The notes: generated by a model not told the origin, from the sequence alone. DNA of 64,000 nt from Minisyncoccota bacterium (GCA_041665885.1 JBAYHY010000001.1:5715-69714); one strand, 5' to 3'; counted from the stretch's first letter, positions 26,962 to 37,460 are shown. Numbers and translations are program-made.

Positions 26962-28425
26962 CTATTCTAAATTTTTCGGTCGCATTAAAGGAAAAAGTTG
27001 AGTTTCTCGAACCGGCTTATCTACAAGAAACGCAAAAAATCTTTCTCCGAAGCCGAAACCGAAACAAGGGGGCATTCCATATTCAAGCATCTCCACAAAT
27101 TCCATGTCCGGCATCATTGCCTCCTCATCCCCTTCCATAATTAATTTCTTTTGTACTAGAAAACGCTCTTCCTGATCTAAAGGATTGTTGAGTTCTGCGT
27201 GCGCTCGGCCGATTTCACTTCCGGCGATTATGACTTGGAACATTTCTGTTTTTCTCTCATCATCTTTATTTTCCTTGGAAAGCGGGGCCACGAGCTTCGG
27301 ATGGTTTATGAGATAAACTGGGCCGGAAATATTCTTGCGACAATATTTCCAAAGTGAATCAGTCATCCTTTCTCTATTTTTGCCCTCAAACTCTACGCCT
27401 AATTTTTTAAGCGCCTGCTCCATTTTATCTTCCGAATCCTCGAGCACATCGATACCGGTTTGTTTTTTTACCTCTTCCACATAATCTACATCTTTCCAAT
27501 CATCAGCTAAATCAAACTTATGCCCCCTGGTTTCAAATGCTGTTTTGCCGAAAACATCCTCCGCTATTTTTATGTACAAATCTCTTACCAATTTTTTACC
27601 TTCTTCCGTATTCATGTATGAAGCATAAAATTCCATATTGGTAAATTCTTGGAGGTGTTCTGCACTTCCTCCTTCGTTTCTATACACTCTACCTATCTCA
27701 AAAGTTTTTGGGAATCCTGCCGCCATCAATCTCTTCTGCCACAACTCCCCGACAGAGATTCGAAGAAAAACATTAATATCAAAATCATTATGGTGTGTTT
27801 TAAATGGTCTAGCCTCCGCCCCCCCGGTGGTAATCTCTAAAGTGGGGGTTTCAACTTCCATAAACCCTTTGTCCTTTAAGAAATTTCTGGTTGTCGTCCA
27901 AAATTTCTCTTTTTTCTCAAAAATTTCCTTGAGTTCTGAATCCATCAACATATCCAAATAACGTTTTCGAAACCTTTCCTCTACGTCGACTAACCCATGC
28001 CATTTCTCAGGCAATGGGCGCAGGCTCTTCGCAAGCATACGCCAATCTTTCATTTCTACTGTTCTCTCTCCTCTGTTGGTTTTGAAAAAGGATCCTTGTA
28101 TTTCTACAAAATCCCCAATATCGACGACCTCATTCCAAAAATCGAATTTCTCATCCCCGATGACATCTTTCTTGAGAAGTCCTTGAAAAGTTCCCGTACC
28201 GTCGTTTAAGGTAATAAAAACAATCGCCCCTTGGCCACGGATAGACATGATTCTTCCGGCAACCCATTTTTCTCCTTTATTCTTTTCCAAGTCGTCAAAA
28301 ATACTTACGGCTTCCCGTAAAGTTATTTCCCTTTTTGAATCCGAGGGATATGGATTCATCCCCTTATCTTTTAAGAGTTTGAGTTTTTCTATTCTAGTGT
28401 CCCTAATTTCATCAATTGAAGACAT
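26962..28425 (-). CDS. lysS: Lysine--tRNA ligase (class II)
   Basis: LPEKWHGL, EVETP, YRNEG, GMPP. Confidence 0.98.
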   Translation of the reverse strand: MSSIDEIRDTRIEKLKLLKDKGMNPYPSDSKREITLREAVSIFDDLEKNKGEKWVAGRIMSIRGQGAIVFITLNDGTGTFQGLLKKDVIGDEKFDFWNEVVDIGDFVEIQGSFFKTNRGERTVEMKDWRMLAKSLRPLPEKWHGLVDVEERFRKRYLDMLMDSELKEIFEKKEKFWTTTRNFLKDKGFMEVETPTLEITTGGAEARPFKTHHNDFDINVFLRISVGELWQKRLMAAGFPKTFEIGRVYRNEGGSAEHLQEFTNMEFYASYMNTEEGKKLVRDLYIKIAEDVFGKTAFETRGHKFDLADDWKDVDYVEEVKKQTGIDVLEDSEDKMEQALKKLGVEFEGKNRERMTDSLWKYCRKNISGPVYLINHPKLVAPLSKENKDDERKTEMFQVIIAGSEIGRAHAELNNPLDQEERFLVQKKLIMEGDEEAMMPDMEFVEMLEYGMPPCFGFGFGERFFAFLVDKPVRETQLFPLMRPKNLE

Positions 28426-28455
28426 TTTAATTTATCCGCCTCGAGCGGAAAATTT

Positions 28456-28923
28456 TTATGAAACGTTTATTATTTTATAATCGACAACACCATTGGGAGT
28501 TTTGAAGGAAACATCGTCTCCTTTCTTTTTTCCGAAAAGAGCCTTGCCAAAAGGTGAGCGATTCGAAATATTTCCTTTTGCCATGTCGGCCTCTTCAGAT
28601 CCTACTATAACATAATTTTTTTGTTCTTGAGAGCCCTTCTTCTGCACCACAACCTTGGACCCGACCTCAACCGTATCTCCGCCACCTCCTTTCACCACCT
28701 GAGATGATTGCAAAATTTTCTCAATTTTAATAATCCGCTCTTCGAGCTTACCCTGATCCTCCCTAGCTTGATGATATTCGGCATTTTCTGATAAATCACC
28801 CAGCGACTTCGCGTACTCTAAAGTTTTCAGAATCTCTTTCCTCTCTGGGCCCTTTAAGTTCTTGAGTTCCGCCAAAAGGGCTTCTTTCTTTTCTTCAGTT
28901 ATATAATCTCCTGATTGGTTCAT
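28456..28923 (-). CDS. greA: Transcription elongation factor GreA
   Basis: GDLSENAEY, SPFGKAL. Confidence 0.97.
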   Translation of the reverse strand: MNQSGDYITEEKKEALLAELKNLKGPERKEILKTLEYAKSLGDLSENAEYHQAREDQGKLEERIIKIEKILQSSQVVKGGGGDTVEVGSKVVVQKKGSQEQKNYVIVGSEEADMAKGNISNRSPFGKALFGKKKGDDVSFKTPNGVVDYKIINVS

Positions 28924-29085
28924 TTTGCTTCAATATTCGAAAATGATAATAAAAAACGACTAAATCCCGTCGATAAGACAAACGGGATTCATAACTTCAT
29001 CTTACTTTTTTTTATGAAAAAGTCAACAAAAAGTCATCCAAAAAGACAATGAACTTCTCTGGACATCGTCTTAGACAAAGTTAAT

Positions 29086-30000
29086 TTAGTAGTAATTTTT
29101 CGATAAATAGGCTCGTCCGGAATCTGCAAAAATCACTACAGCCAAATCATCTTTGGTAAGTTTATCTGCGTAAGTTGAAATTGCGTGAGCGACTGCCCCG
29201 CCACTTGTGCCCAAAAAAAGACCATATTTAGAAGCCATTATTTTGAGCATAGCAAAGCTCTCTGCATCAGAAATTGGAATGAATTCATCAATGACAGATT
29301 CGTTAAGACAGGGAGTTTCAAAATCAATTCCGATACCTTCCATTTTGTATGGTTTCGGATTTCCTTTTGTAGAATGAAAAGAATTATCCACATCGACGGC
29401 GATAACCTTAATTTGAGGATTTTTTTCTTTCAAAAACTTCCCCACTCCGCTAATTGTCCCTCCCGTTCCGGCAGCCGCAAAAAAATGGGTTATCTTTCCC
29501 TTGGTTTGTTCCCAAATCTCTGGCCCCAGGGTCTCATAATATGCTTCCGGGTTAGAAAGGTTAAAATATTGATTCGGCACAAAAGAGTTCGGAATTTCTT
29601 TTTGTAAAACGAATGGTCGCGTGTGATAATTTTCCGGATCATCTAGCGGAACGTTCGGGCAAACAATAGCCTCCGCCCCATAGGCTTTTAGGGTTTTTAT
29701 TTTCTCTTCACTTACTTTATCTGAAACTGTGATAATAACTTTATAACCCTTCACAGCTCCGATCATCGCTATCGCGACACCCTGGTTGCCAGACGAGGCT
29801 TCGATGATGGTTCCACCCGGTTTCAATAATCCATTTCTCTCCGCTTCTTCAATCATAAATAAAGCTGAACGATCCTTTACGCTTCCTCCGGGATTCAAAT
29901 ATTCCAATTTGGCAAAAATCCGACCCGGAGCATCAAAAGGAATTTTTACCAAAGGCGTATTGCCAATAAAATCAAGTACGTTGTTTGTCGATTTTCTCAT
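29086..30000 (-). CDS. PLP-dependent cysteine synthase/CBS family protein
   Basis: NPGGSVKDR, SSGNQG, GTGGT, EGIG. Confidence 0.92.
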   Translation of the reverse strand: MRKSTNNVLDFIGNTPLVKIPFDAPGRIFAKLEYLNPGGSVKDRSALFMIEEAERNGLLKPGGTIIEASSGNQGVAIAMIGAVKGYKVIITVSDKVSEEKIKTLKAYGAEAIVCPNVPLDDPENYHTRPFVLQKEIPNSFVPNQYFNLSNPEAYYETLGPEIWEQTKGKITHFFAAAGTGGTISGVGKFLKEKNPQIKVIAVDVDNSFHSTKGNPKPYKMEGIGIDFETPCLNESVIDEFIPISDAESFAMLKIMASKYGLFLGTSGGAVAHAISTYADKLTKDDLAVVIFADSGRAYLSKNYY

Positions 30001-30093
30001 TTTTTAATTATCTTTTGTTTTTAAGTAAGTGTGAAGTTTTTTAACGTTTATATTAAAATTTGGACATTTTGTAAAATCTGTTAAAATTATACA

Positions 30094-30759
30094 ATGATCA
30101 AAATCCAACCCATCGTGAGAAATATCATTTTAGGAGAGTTCGAAGCATATTTCTCCCTGACAAACGGTTATATGAACATGAGTAGTTATGCACACCGCAT
30201 TCGTCCGCGGGTGGAATTGCTCACCAAGAAACAGGTAACCATCACTAGCCTGGTGGTTTCTCTATCTCGCCTAAAAAAAGAATTCAAAAAAGAAAAGCCC
30301 CTCATCCGCGAAGTATCCATAAAAAACATTACCACCAAACTCCCCCTCTCGGAAATTGTTTATGAAAATACCGAGAAGTTTATGGAAAAATTTGAATCAC
30401 TTCATAAAAAGATTGCCATCGCCCATGAGGATTTTTTTATTGCTACTATCGGCACGAATGAAATAAACATAATTATCTCATCGAACCTAGTCACTAAAAT
30501 AATGAAACACCTCGAAGTAAAACCAAAAATCACCAACCACAACTTTGCGGCAGTGGCAATTTCCCTGAGCCCTGAACACTTCAGCATACCGAATACTTTT
30601 TTCTCTCTTTTATCAGTAACCGCTCGGGCCCAAATAAATATCGAGGAATTGGTCTCTACTTCTACCGAACTCATCTTTGTTGTCGCGGAAAAAGACTTCG
30701 GTAAAACGGTTGCCCTTTTTTCGGATTTACACAGAGAAAACAACGCAAAAGAATCTTAA
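30094..30759 (+). CDS. ACT-domain-like putative regulator
   Basis: NMSSYAHRI...VSLSR N-terminus; INIEELVSTSTELIFVV ACT-like C-terminus. Confidence 0.6.
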   Translation: MIKIQPIVRNIILGEFEAYFSLTNGYMNMSSYAHRIRPRVELLTKKQVTITSLVVSLSRLKKEFKKEKPLIREVSIKNITTKLPLSEIVYENTEKFMEKFESLHKKIAIAHEDFFIATIGTNEINIIISSNLVTKIMKHLEVKPKITNHNFAAVAISLSPEHFSIPNTFFSLLSVTARAQINIEELVSTSTELIFVVAEKDFGKTVALFSDLHRENNAKES

Positions 30760-30801
30760 ACAACTTGCTTTAAAAAGAAAATATGATATTCTTTGAAACA
30801 T

Positions 30802-31035
30802 ATGGCAAAAACAGTAATAGAAATTAGAAAAAACCCAAACGAAAATAATGCGAGCGTTTTACGCCGTTTTTCACGACGAATCCAGGAATCCGGCATCATC
30901 CGCAAAGTTAAGGGTTCTCGCTACAACATCCGAAAAGAATCCAAGCTCAAAATTAAGAAAAGCGCGCTAAAGAAGATGGGAAGAAGAAAAGAAATAGAGA
31001 AACTTCGCAAGCTGGGCAAAATGGCGTCCAGATAA
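30802..31035 (+). CDS. rpsU: 30S ribosomal protein S21 (divergent)
   Basis: ENNASVLRRFSRRIQESG; basic C-terminus. Confidence 0.8.
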   Translation: MAKTVIEIRKNPNENNASVLRRFSRRIQESGIIRKVKGSRYNIRKESKLKIKKSALKKMGRRKEIEKLRKLGKMASR

Positions 31036-31039
31036 AACC

Positions 31040-31492
31040 ATGGAGGAATCTTTTTTTTTAACAAACACTACTCGGGGCAAGCTTCCAAACTTGCCTTTTA
31101 AGGTAATAAAGAAGGATATTCTAGGGGAAAAATATTATTTATCTATCGCCTATGTCAATGAGAAAACTTCTCAGAAAATAAATAAACTTTACAGAAACAT
31201 AAACAAACCGACAAACATACTGTCGTTTCTTTTGCGCAAGGATCAGGGTGAAATAATCCTTTGTCCACGCGTTATTAAGAAAGAGGCTAAAAATTTTGGA
31301 AAAACCCCACGGTTATTTTTGGGCTTTTTAGTTATTCACGGGATGCTTCATTTGAAAGGTTTCGAACATAGTAGTAGAATGGAGACAGCGGAAAAAAAAT
31401 ATTATGAGAAATATTTCTGTCGGGATAGATGTCGGATCATCCACCACCCGGGTGGTGGTAGGAGAATTTTTAAAAGGAGAAAAAAATCCTAA
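31040..31492 (+). CDS. ybeY: rRNA maturation RNase YbeY
   Basis: NKLYRNINKPTNILSF, HGMLHLKGFEH. Confidence 0.9.
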   Translation: MEESFFLTNTTRGKLPNLPFKVIKKDILGEKYYLSIAYVNEKTSQKINKLYRNINKPTNILSFLLRKDQGEIILCPRVIKKEAKNFGKTPRLFLGFLVIHGMLHLKGFEHSSRMETAEKKYYEKYFCRDRCRIIHHPGGGRRIFKRRKKS

Positions 31493-32564
31493 AATTATTG
31501 GCGTGGGAGAAAATGCCACTCGCGGGGTAAGACATGGCTACGTCATCAACGAAACCCAGGCGGCAAATTCTGTAAAGGAAGCCGTCCTGCTAGCTGAAAA
31601 ATCTTCAGGCATAAAAATCAAAAGGGCTTTTGTCTCCCTCTCTGGCACAACCCTGCGGGGGGAAATAAGCTCCGGGGAAACCATTGTCTCAAAAGCAAAT
31701 AGCGAAGTTACCGCCCTAGATGTCAACAAAGCACTACAGGATTGCGAAGATAATTTAAGCCTTGGAAATAAGAAAATTATACATGTGTACCCCCTCTCCT
31801 TTCGCCTGGACGGAAAAGAAACACAAGGTCGCCTCGAAGGCCTGCGCGGAACAAAACTTGAAGCGAAAGCCTTTTTTGTTACCTATTCTATCGTCCATTT
31901 GGAGGATTTACTTGGAGTAATAGCAGAAGCCGGAGTAGAAACGATAGACGTAATCGCCTCCCCGGTAGCTTTGAGTAATCTTGTTTTATCCGAGAAACAA
32001 AAAATCGTCGGGGTGGCGCTAGTCAACATCGGAGACCAAACTACTTCCCTTTCCGTCTTCGAAAACGGTACCTTAGTGTCAATTCACGCTTTTTCCATCG
32101 GTTCCGGAGAAATCACCAATGACATTGCCCTGGGATTTAAAATACCACTTGAAAAAGCCGACACCCTAAAACTTGGAAACCTCACCGAAGAATTTTCAAA
32201 GAAAAAACTCGACGAAATAATCGACGCCCGCCTCTGCGATATTTTTGAATCGGCTGAAAATAATTTAAAAAAGATAAAGCGAGCAGAACTTCTGCCGGCT
32301 GGTATCGTTTTTACCGGCGGTGGAGCAAATACCCCGGGAATAGTAGAACTGTCAAAATCAATTTTGAAACTTCCCTCGAGCATCGGGACGACCGATTTTT
32401 TTAACAACAACAAAACCAAACTCCGCGACCCTGCTTGGTTCACAGCCCTCGGTTTATTAATCTCCGGCAAAGACGGCGAAAATTACTCGGACGGTTCTCT
32501 CAAAAATATTTTTAAAGATGTAAAAAACACAATAAAATCAAGCCTAAAACAACTGATGCCATAA
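31404..32564 (+). CDS. ftsA: Cell division protein FtsA
   Basis: GIDVGSS, NIGDQTT, ITNDIA, FTGGGA; directly upstream of ftsZ. Confidence 0.93.
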   Translation: MRNISVGIDVGSSTTRVVVGEFLKGEKNPKIIGVGENATRGVRHGYVINETQAANSVKEAVLLAEKSSGIKIKRAFVSLSGTTLRGEISSGETIVSKANSEVTALDVNKALQDCEDNLSLGNKKIIHVYPLSFRLDGKETQGRLEGLRGTKLEAKAFFVTYSIVHLEDLLGVIAEAGVETIDVIASPVALSNLVLSEKQKIVGVALVNIGDQTTSLSVFENGTLVSIHAFSIGSGEITNDIALGFKIPLEKADTLKLGNLTEEFSKKKLDEIIDARLCDIFESAENNLKKIKRAELLPAGIVFTGGGANTPGIVELSKSILKLPSSIGTTDFFNNNKTKLRDPAWFTALGLLISGKDGENYSDGSLKNIFKDVKNTIKSSLKQLMP

Positions 32565-32702
32565 AATAATATCTTCGTTCAAAAACAACGCAAAGAGATA
32601 AACTTTGCTTTTTTTCATCCTAGTGTTAGTATGATTTCATACAAGTCCTGACCAAGAGTTGGGATCCCGAACGTAGTCGAGGGATTAATATTTTTTTTAA
32701 TT

Positions 32703-33902
32703 ATGCCAAAAATAAATCAAGAGATACAAAGCTTCGCTCGCATTATGGTAATCGGAATCGGTGGGTCTGGAAAAAATGCCGTAAACCACATGATAAATTC
32801 CAAAGTAAAAGGTGTCTCTTTTATTTGCATGAATACCGATACCCAGGACTTACATCACTCCTTGGCAGAAAAAAAGATTCATATAGGAAAAAATTTAACT
32901 AAAGGTCTCGGTGCCGGTATGGATCCGGAGGTTGGAAAAAAGGCCGCCGAAGAAACTAAATCCGAAATCCAAGATGTCGTAAAAGGAGCAGACATGATTT
33001 TCCTTGCTTGCGGAATGGGAGGAGGCACAGGAACAGGAGCAGCCCCGATTGTCGCGAGAGCAGCCAGAGAGCAAGGAATACTTACTGTCGCTGTTACCAC
33101 CAAGCCTTTCTTCTTTGAGGGTAATCATCGAATGAAAATCGCCGAAAAGGGTATTGAAGAGTTGGCCAAAGAAGTCGACGCGATTATTGTCGTTCCGAAT
33201 GACAAATTACTTCAATTGGCTGAACAAAACACCAATTTCAAAGATGCCTTCGCTAAATGTGATGACATTTTACGTCAAGCCGTTGAGGGCATTTCCGATC
33301 TAATCACTACCCCGGGAGTAATAAATGTTGATTTTGCTGATATTAAAGCGGTAATGGCTAATGCGGGTTCGGCCCTAATGGGCATCGGCAGCGCCTCGGG
33401 AGAAAAACGCGCTGAGACAGCCGCCTTGGCCGCCATCAATTCCCCACTGCTCGAAGTTTCGATTCACGGTGCCAAGGGGGTACTTTTCGCTATCTCCGGC
33501 GGAGATGATTTAACGATTAACGAAATCCAAGAAGCAGCAAAAATAATTACCGAGTCAATCGACAAGGACGCGAAAGTAATTTTCGGTACGATTCGTGACG
33601 AAAAATTGAAAAAAGGAGAAATCAAAGTTACCGTCATCGCCACCAACTTCCCTGCTGATTTGCCTCGCAAGAATCTTTTCAGTGGAACGATTGGAGGGCA
33701 ACTTTTAAAAGACGAAAGTCCAGCGGTGATAAAAAAAGAAATAAATAATAGTTTACAAAATGGAAATACGAGTAATGGAAATGTGAGCAGTAGCGATTTT
33801 ATAAAAAGAGTTGAAAAAAAGGAAATCAAAGAAGACATCATAGAAGATGATGGCGACGACTGGAGCGCGGTGCCGGCTTTTTTAAGACGCAACAAAAAAT
33901 AA
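32703..33902 (+). CDS. ftsZ: Cell division protein FtsZ
   Basis: GMGGGTGTG, NVDFAD, VPAFLR. Confidence 0.99.
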   Translation: MPKINQEIQSFARIMVIGIGGSGKNAVNHMINSKVKGVSFICMNTDTQDLHHSLAEKKIHIGKNLTKGLGAGMDPEVGKKAAEETKSEIQDVVKGADMIFLACGMGGGTGTGAAPIVARAAREQGILTVAVTTKPFFFEGNHRMKIAEKGIEELAKEVDAIIVVPNDKLLQLAEQNTNFKDAFAKCDDILRQAVEGISDLITTPGVINVDFADIKAVMANAGSALMGIGSASGEKRAETAALAAINSPLLEVSIHGAKGVLFAISGGDDLTINEIQEAAKIITESIDKDAKVIFGTIRDEKLKKGEIKVTVIATNFPADLPRKNLFSGTIGGQLLKDESPAVIKKEINNSLQNGNTSNGNVSSSDFIKRVEKKEIKEDIIEDDGDDWSAVPAFLRRNKK

Positions 33903-33933
33903 TAAAACTTGACACCTAGTGTATAATAGAGAG

Positions 33934-34860
33934 ATGACATACGATTTAATTATTATCGGTGGTGGACCGGCTGGTAGCGCAGCCTCTGTTTATGCTGCCC
34001 GCAAAAGATTAAAAACACTATTTATTACCTCGGAATGGGGAGGACAAAGTGTCGTCTCGGAACAGATTTATAACTGGATTGGCTCCCCTTCCATCTCTGG
34101 TAATGATTTGGCCTCAAATTTTAAAAAGCATGTATTAGCTAATGTGGGCGAGAGCTTGGAGGTAAAAGAAGGCCAAAGAGTAAATACCATTGCGAAGTCG
34201 GGTGAAGAATTTTCTGTAAAAACGGATACCGGAGAAGAATTTTTAACTAAAACAATTTTGATTGCTACCGGTAGCGGGCGCAGAAAACTCGAAGCAAAAA
34301 ACGCGGATAAATTTGAGAACAAAGGACTCACCTATTGCGCCACCTGCGATGGCCCTCTTTTTGCAGACATGGACGTAGCTGTCATCGGTGGAGGCAATGC
34401 CGCTTTCGAAAGCGCCGCCCAACTCCTGGCTTACTGTAAATCTGTCACCCTTATAAATAGAACAGATACTTTTCGTGCGGATGCGATAACAGTTGAAAAA
34501 GTTTTAAAAAATCCCAAAATGTCGGCATTAAAAAATATAGACATTTTAGAGATAAAAGGCGACAAATTTGTAGAAGGAATTATTTATAAAGATAAGGCTA
34601 CCAGCGCTGAAAAAGAGCTCAAGGTTTCTGGTATATTTGTAGAAATCGGACAAATTCCAAACACTGCTTTCGTTAAAGACATATTACCTCTTGATAAAAT
34701 AGGCAGAATTAAGATCGACGCTTGGAACCAAAAAACAGAAGTTCCGGGTATCTGGGCAGCCGGAGATTGCACCAATGTCTTGTATCATCAGAACAACATT
34801 GCCGCCGGCGATGCTGTTCGCGCACTCGAGGACATCTACCTGGCAATCCATACGAAATAG
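33934..34860 (+). CDS. trxB: Thioredoxin reductase/AhpF-like FAD oxidoreductase
   Basis: GGGPAG, CATCDG, GGGNAA, AAGD. Confidence 0.85.
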   Translation: MTYDLIIIGGGPAGSAASVYAARKRLKTLFITSEWGGQSVVSEQIYNWIGSPSISGNDLASNFKKHVLANVGESLEVKEGQRVNTIAKSGEEFSVKTDTGEEFLTKTILIATGSGRRKLEAKNADKFENKGLTYCATCDGPLFADMDVAVIGGGNAAFESAAQLLAYCKSVTLINRTDTFRADAITVEKVLKNPKMSALKNIDILEIKGDKFVEGIIYKDKATSAEKELKVSGIFVEIGQIPNTAFVKDILPLDKIGRIKIDAWNQKTEVPGIWAAGDCTNVLYHQNNIAAGDAVRALEDIYLAIHTK

Positions 34861-34964
34861 TTTATAAACCTATCGTATTTGACTTAATTAGCATATGCGT
34901 GTTAAGGTTTTTTAAATCACAAGTAGTTCTGTTCGACCTGACCCAACAAACGAAGGAGGGGTAA

Positions 34965-35204
34965 ATGATAACGGAAATGCGTTGGCAAAAGTTAGTGCCT
35001 GGGGAGAAAATCCTTGATGTTTCGTTAGAAATTTGGGTGGTCATCCGAGGAGTCACTCACCGCGAGCCCGCGACCATCGTCGCGCGTTCTCCTCACAATG
35101 GAGAAGAAATCCGCCTAACCTGGAGCGAAGATTGGATCTATTATGGATTGGATCCAGTCAGGGTCCTGGAGACCAATTGCATCGCGGTCGTCCAGGTGAG
35201 ATGA
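34965..35204 (+). CDS. Orphan 79-aa protein in a self-contained cassette
   Basis: TTGACT(34879) promoter, AAGGAGG SD, terminator 35221-35250. Confidence 0.7.
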   Translation: MITEMRWQKLVPGEKILDVSLEIWVVIRGVTHREPATIVARSPHNGEEIRLTWSEDWIYYGLDPVRVLETNCIAVVQVR

Positions 35205-35220
35205 AAAGAAATTCGCATCG

Positions 35221-35250
35221 GAGCTAGGCCCCCTGGGGCCTGGCTCTTTT
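35221..35250 (+). terminator. Intrinsic terminator
   Basis: GAGCTAGGCCCC..GGGGCCTGGCTC-TTTT. Confidence 0.8.
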
Positions 35251-35269
35251 ATTTTTTATATCCAAAAAG

Positions 35270-35351
35270 CGGAGGGTACAGGGCTCGAACCTGTAAGGGC
35301 TTTCGCCCGCTGGTTTTCGAAACCAGTGCATTACCATTCTGCCAACCCTCC
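35270..35351 (-). tRNA. tRNA-Ser(CGA)
   Basis: CTGGT-TT CGA AA-ACCAG; long variable arm. Confidence 0.95.
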
Positions 35352-35376
35352 ATGTTCTCATGTTAAAACATATTAA

Positions 35377-36552
35377 TTATTTCTGCAAAATTTTGGGCTG
35401 TAAGAAAATAAAAGTTCCCATTGCGATGAGTGCAATGAAGGCCGCGAAAATAAAAGCGTAAATAGGATTGAAAATCCACAAGAGACCGGCAATAGCTGAA
35501 GCAGGGAGATAAACGAGGCCGGTGACAAAATTATACATGCCGATGGCCGTCGCCCGCCTGTCTTGCTCAATATCAGAAATATAGGCTTTGCTTTGCGCCT
35601 CGTCGATAGCGTAGAAAAAACCAAACAAGACAAACAAAACAATTATTTCCCACCTGGCCTTCACAAAAATAAAGCCCAAAGACATTACTATATAAATTAA
35701 ATATTCCAAAACAATAATATACTTTCTACCTATCCAGTCCCCGAGTTTGCCGATCGGCACCGAAAATGCCACAAAGGAAATATTAAAGAGAGCATAAAGC
35801 AACACCACATCTTTTATGGAGAAGCCCACGTCATAAGCCCGAAGCAATAGAAAACTAAAACTAAAATATGCCAAGGAAAAAATCCCAGCCGGAATAAGAA
35901 AAAGCTTGAAGCCTTTACTCAAGGCCCCCCAAGCCTTAAATATATTCTCCCTTTCATGTGGAGTGCCCGGCCGATCCTTCATTAAACAAAGAACCGCCAC
36001 CGCTGCTACGGCGCCAACAACGGCGATAATAAAAATTATACGAAAAGTACCCACGCTCTGACCCAAATACAAAAGAATGAAATAGGCAATAAGTGGTCCG
36101 ACGACAGCTCCTGCTTTATCCATGGCCTTATGGAGACCAAAGGTGTATCCCCTGTTGGATTCTTCCGCCACGGCAGAAAGCCAGGCGTCTCTCGGAGGCC
36201 CTCGAAAGCTTTTTCCCAAACGCTCTATCACCCTAAATAAGGCAAGAGCAAAAACAGAACTCCCTAGAAGCAACATTGTTTTTGCTACCGTCGAAAAACC
36301 GTAACCGGTCATGGCCAATGGTTTTCTTTTTCCTGATTTATCAGACAACCAACCCGCAAAATAATCCAAGGAAGAAGCGGAAAAGTCCGCCATACCCTCA
36401 ATCAAACCAAGGAGCGAAGCGGAGGCGCCTACTATCACCGTAAAAAAAATCGAAAAAACAGAAAAGACAGATTCCGAACTTATGTCCGTCAAAAAACTGA
36501 CAAGGCCTAATTTCAAAACGTCCGGATCAACATTCAAAAATCTTTTTTTCAT
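35377..36552 (-). CDS. MFS transporter
   Basis: GWLSDKSGKRK and GKLGDWIGRK motif A; 12-TM pattern. Confidence 0.92.
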   Translation of the reverse strand: MKKRFLNVDPDVLKLGLVSFLTDISSESVFSVFSIFFTVIVGASASLLGLIEGMADFSASSLDYFAGWLSDKSGKRKPLAMTGYGFSTVAKTMLLLGSSVFALALFRVIERLGKSFRGPPRDAWLSAVAEESNRGYTFGLHKAMDKAGAVVGPLIAYFILLYLGQSVGTFRIIFIIAVVGAVAAVAVLCLMKDRPGTPHERENIFKAWGALSKGFKLFLIPAGIFSLAYFSFSFLLLRAYDVGFSIKDVVLLYALFNISFVAFSVPIGKLGDWIGRKYIIVLEYLIYIVMSLGFIFVKARWEIIVLFVLFGFFYAIDEAQSKAYISDIEQDRRATAIGMYNFVTGLVYLPASAIAGLLWIFNPIYAFIFAAFIALIAMGTFIFLQPKILQK

Positions 36553-36719
36553 CTTTTAATTATAACAAGAAATAATGAGTGCGGATAGATTTATATATTT
36601 ATAAATTTTTTGTCTCCTTGACGTTAACTTCCGATGTGTGCATAATATACATACTAAGTTCTTTCCAACGAGGTTCTGCGGATCTAAGGGTCCTTAAAAC
36701 AGGAAAAAAGGAGGAGACG

Positions 36720-37088
36720 ATGCTGCTAACGTCAGAGGTTCTTAGAACATTCAAGGAAGGTACCATGGTGATGGAAAACAAGAAGAACGAGTACTTCGCT
36801 CGAGGCAAGGTGATGAACCTCACAGTCACCGGCAATAAACTCGAGATAACCTTCCTTCTTTTTGCCTTCGGGTGGACCACGGGGAGGATTGACTTCCCCA
36901 CAATGCCACAAGAATGGGTCCTGGCCGTCGACAAGCGCTTTCTTTCGTGGGTGGTGGACCTAAACAACTACACGTCCAAGGACACCGACCCTCTGTCGGG
37001 GGATATTTCCTTCGACGAAGAAGGAAATTTCACGATGGTCTCCCTAGACCACAATCAAAAAATCTTGTTTCGCCCACTAGCCAAGTAG
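36720..37088 (+). CDS. Orphan 122-aa protein in a self-contained cassette
   Basis: TTGACG(36618)-17-CATAAT, AAGGAGG SD, terminator 37118-37148. Confidence 0.7.
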   Translation: MLLTSEVLRTFKEGTMVMENKKNEYFARGKVMNLTVTGNKLEITFLLFAFGWTTGRIDFPTMPQEWVLAVDKRFLSWVVDLNNYTSKDTDPLSGDISFDEEGNFTMVSLDHNQKILFRPLAK

Positions 37089-37388
37089 AGCTATCGGGCC
37101 AAACAAAAATGACAAAACCCCCGCCAACCCAGGCGGGGGATATTTTTTGGGACCCTACCGGACTTCTTTCCCTACGGGAACAGTATACCTTTTCAAATAG
37201 TTAATTTTGTATGCTTCGCATTCTGAATTTATGTGGTCACAAGTTACTAAATAAAATTTTTCGATATCCTCAAATTTTATGTAAGTACTTGCCGACCCCA
37301 GCTCGGCTATTCGCGTACTCGCGAATTATGCCTGTGCCTTCACAAACGGCTCGCAAATAAAGCAGTTTATTTGGCTTTGCGCCGTTTG

Positions 37389-37460
37389 TGACCCTACCGG
37401 GAATCGAACCCGAATTACCGGCTTGAAAAGCCGATGTCCTAACCGTTAGACGATAGGGCC
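37389..37460 (-). tRNA. tRNA-Glu(TTC)
   Basis: TCGGC-TT TTC AA-GCCGG; canonical T arm. Confidence 0.96.

Noticed and set aside
31404-31492. Programmed frameshift or fusion of ybeY and ftsA
   Set aside because: The 89-nt overlap is explained by a non-conserved YbeY tail; both proteins have complete motifs.
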